Source: Mantamonas sphyraenae STR306 (taxonomy: Eukaryota > Protista > CRuMs). Taken from it: a stretch of DNA of 64,000 bases. Shown here in pieces: positions 61,787-64,000 of the stretch. Made by a program: the position numbers and the translations under genes. Below the pieces are notes generated by a model. It was not told where the DNA came from. It saw nothing but the letters and a program-made list of their open reading frames with translations, and did no database searches. The stretch lies in the NCBI GenBank assembly GCA_026936335.1, contig JAPMXV010000006.1, positions 186,001 through 250,000 on the forward strand, read 5' to 3'. Every line of letters starts with the position of its first letter. Position 1 is the first letter of the stretch.

Positions 61787-62632
61787 ATGTGCATGTTCAA
61801 CACCCCCGTGACTCATGTGAGCGCCACCAAGATCTTTGTGGGCCCTGCTGCCGATGGCAGGCAGCTGACGGTGTACAGCAACTCCGTGGTGTCGGGAGAA
61901 GGCGGAGACACGCAATACCAGGATGCCATGGTGCTGCCTGTGCCCGTGAGTGTCGAGAACCCGGATGAGGAGAACCATGGGATCACACTCATCGATCTGA
62001 GCAACTACGAATCCGTGTTTGACGACTTTGCAAACGCGTTCGTCGACCCCTACGCCTCTGGCGAGGACTTTGACACGTTTGATGAAGATGAAGTGGAAAA
62101 AACATGGAACCATCTGGTAGTGGTATCTGTGGGATCGTACAAGATCAGCATCGTGCCCACACTGGACGACTTTGATCGCTTGGACGCGTCTGTGTTTGCG
62201 CTCTCGCCCGACCTGGGTAAGGTGTTGGCGGAGCACTACCCCAGCGGCTATGCGTTCCTGGCATGCGTGTTCACCGAGGGTGGCAAGATGCACCCCGTGG
62301 CGTACGAGCATGCACGCAAGGAGGAGGCAGAGCTGTTTGTGCCTACGCATCACGAGCACGGCGACGGCAACCAGTCAAAGGCACACTGGGACCACAGCAT
62401 CTACTGGAGCTTTGGGACGGGCAAGGCGACAGAGACGGACAGCACGGCAGCAGAGATGGTGAATGGGCTCAAGGTGGAGACGGCATTTGCGACGACCAAG
62501 GTCGACTGGAGCAAACTTCCAGAGACGCTGGTGCAGCCGAACCAGGCCACCGACTTGTACCGTCTGGAACTCGAAGGCATGCAACCGAATGTGGATCTGT
62601 TTCTGGAGGCGAACGTGGAGGCGATTGCATGA
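61787..62632 (+). CDS. Uncharacterised intronless protein, paralogue B
   Basis: 281-codon ORF, near-identical to 60823-61731 except two variable patches and the extreme ends. Confidence 0.8.
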   Translation: MCMFNTPVTHVSATKIFVGPAADGRQLTVYSNSVVSGEGGDTQYQDAMVLPVPVSVENPDEENHGITLIDLSNYESVFDDFANAFVDPYASGEDFDTFDEDEVEKTWNHLVVVSVGSYKISIVPTLDDFDRLDASVFALSPDLGKVLAEHYPSGYAFLACVFTEGGKMHPVAYEHARKEEAELFVPTHHEHGDGNQSKAHWDHSIYWSFGTGKATETDSTAAEMVNGLKVETAFATTKVDWSKLPETLVQPNQATDLYRLELEGMQPNVDLFLEANVEAIA

Positions 62633-62676
62633 TTGGTGAAAGAAGGGCCGACGACTCCATTTTCCCTCCCCCAGGC

Positions 62677-63470
62677 TCAATAGAACGCCACCAGATCGTC
62701 GTTGTACACATGGTCACCCCGCACATCCCCACGTGCGGGTTTCTTGCCCTTGGGATTCGACCTACGCTCTTTGTAGTAGGCGCGCCACTCGTGTTTTGTC
62801 TTGGTTTCTGGTTCCCAAGACGTCACAAGCTTCTCCACGACCGTATGCATCTCTGGCATGCCATTCTCCTCCAACAGACGCTTCTTCCAATCTACTTTGC
62901 GCTCCTGTGGCATGGGTGGGTGGATGCCCGGGGAGGGGAAAGGGGGTCAGCACCACAAACACCGTATTGAGAATCCCGCGGATTCGCTCGAGGCGTTCTC
63001 GAACCCCACCTTGCGAGTCGGCTTCTTTGGCCTGTCTTCTGGATTGTGCCACACGTGACTTTGGTACTTGTGGAACCAGGTTTCGTTGTCAGCGGCGCGG
63101 TCGTACCAGGTGTGCGAGACCTTTTGCATCTGGAGCAGGGACTTGGCGTCGAGAAACGGAAACAGATTCAGACGCAGCACACGCTTGGGCAGCTCCGCCA
63201 CAAAGTCCACCTTGTGGGTTGAGGTGCGAAACACGTCTGTGTCCACCCAGTCTGCCAGACGCCCCTTGAAGACGATGGGCTCGTCGTCATCGTCGTCGTT
63301 TTCACCCTGTACATTCACGGCGCTTCCTCTTGCTCCTCTCCTTCCTCCACCTCCTCCTCCTCCTCCACCTCGGTCGCCTCCTCCTCAAACCAGTGCTCCC
63401 GCGCATACGCTTCGAGTTCTGCGGGCGAGAGAGCGCTGAGATCAATCTCAAGTGCGTCCACCTCACCCAT
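62677..63470 (-). CDS. F-box protein with acidic N-terminus; 1 intron; apparent frameshift near 63319
   Basis: MGEVDALEIDLS...EEEE, then in the shifted frame VDFVAELPKRVLRLNLFPFLDAKSLLQMQKVSHTWYDRAADNETW (F-box); last exon ERKVDWKKRL...EWRAYYKER. Confidence 0.7.
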
Positions 63471-63515
63471 TGGCGTTCTCGGTTGGTTGGCCTCGACGGC
63501 GCTGTGCTCGTCTCG

Positions 63516-64000
63516 TCACACAAACACATTCTCCCAAAAGCTGACCCCGTTGAGTGTTTCGTCTCTGCACAGCAGCTGGATGCTCTCTGCGTACAAGAGC
63601 TGCTCCTTGGCAAGTTGCAAGCTGGTGTCCCATCTCAGGGCAAGCTGGCGTGCGGTGAGGGGTCCTTCCGCCTGGATAAGCTGCAGAAGCCGCTGTGCCA
63701 TAGCATCATCGTCATACTCGGCCATTTCCACGACCAGGACGCCGCTGTCGAACGTACGAAGGCGCAGGGGCAGGTCCAGCTCGTCAAACAGCAAACACGC
63801 TCGATGCAGATCGTCCGGCGAGATGAGTTCGGTGCCACGCACGCGATTGATCACACAGTACATGTCAATGAGGGTGATGCGTCCTCCTGTGTTGCCCAGA
63901 TACGGCACCATGATGTCTGACAGTTGCCGTGCAAGCTGAGTCAGGTACGAATTCCCTGCCAGCTCGCGTGTCACCAGGGAGCCCACACCCATGCTCAGAA
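63516..64000 (-). CDS. VPS36: ESCRT-II subunit Vps36/EAP45, C-terminal part (5' off window)
   Basis: MGVGSLVTRE...YLTQLARQLSD...GGRITLIDMYCVINRVRGTELISPDDLHRAC...LPLRLRTFDSGVLVV...LLCRDETLNGVSFWEN. Confidence 0.93.
   Translation of the reverse strand, partial: LSMGVGSLVTRELAGNSYLTQLARQLSDIMVPYLGNTGGRITLIDMYCVINRVRGTELISPDDLHRACLLFDELDLPLRLRTFDSGVLVVEMAEYDDDAMAQRLLQLIQAEGPLTARQLALRWDTSLQLAKEQLLYAESIQLLCRDETLNGVSFWENVFV

Overview
Gene-dense, intron-containing eukaryotic nuclear DNA (standard code, GT-AG introns mostly 75-330 nt, intergenic gaps often 40-160 nt). It is most likely from a flagellated protist, since PDE6D, CFAP141, KATNIP, CEP70 and centriolin are all present. About 25 protein genes can be reconstructed: DHX35-like helicase (partial), RPS19, a small DUF5362-like membrane protein, PDE6D, a GT2-GT4 fusion glycosyltransferase, TRAPPC6, glutathionyl-hydroquinone reductase, U1A/U2B'', VPS39, CFAP141, an IPT/TIG-repeat multi-TM surface protein, major vault protein, a CBS protein, KATNIP, CEP70, a second GT4, GDP-mannose pyrophosphorylase, TBL1, centriolin, a very large tandem-LRR-module/multi-TM protein, a Cu(I) P1B ATPase, two tandem intronless His-motif paralogues of unknown function, an F-box protein and VPS36 (partial). 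No rRNA, tRNA, CRISPR array or transposon was recognised. Ten genic frameshifts lie in short homopolymer or dinucleotide runs and are most likely assembly errors. The most interesting items are: (i) the Cu-ATPase, whose metal-binding domains are built from equal-length 231-nt symmetric exons split inside the CxxC motif; (ii) a pair of near-identical unknown genes head-to-head with it, carrying opposite-charge variable loops; (iii) the 8-module LRR/LRRcap protein fused to a multi-TM domain without a signal peptide; (iv) runs of co-oriented genes separated by only 38-61 nt of CAA-rich spacer; (v) a 758-nt structured 5'-UTR intron. All family assignments come from motif recall, not from database searches.
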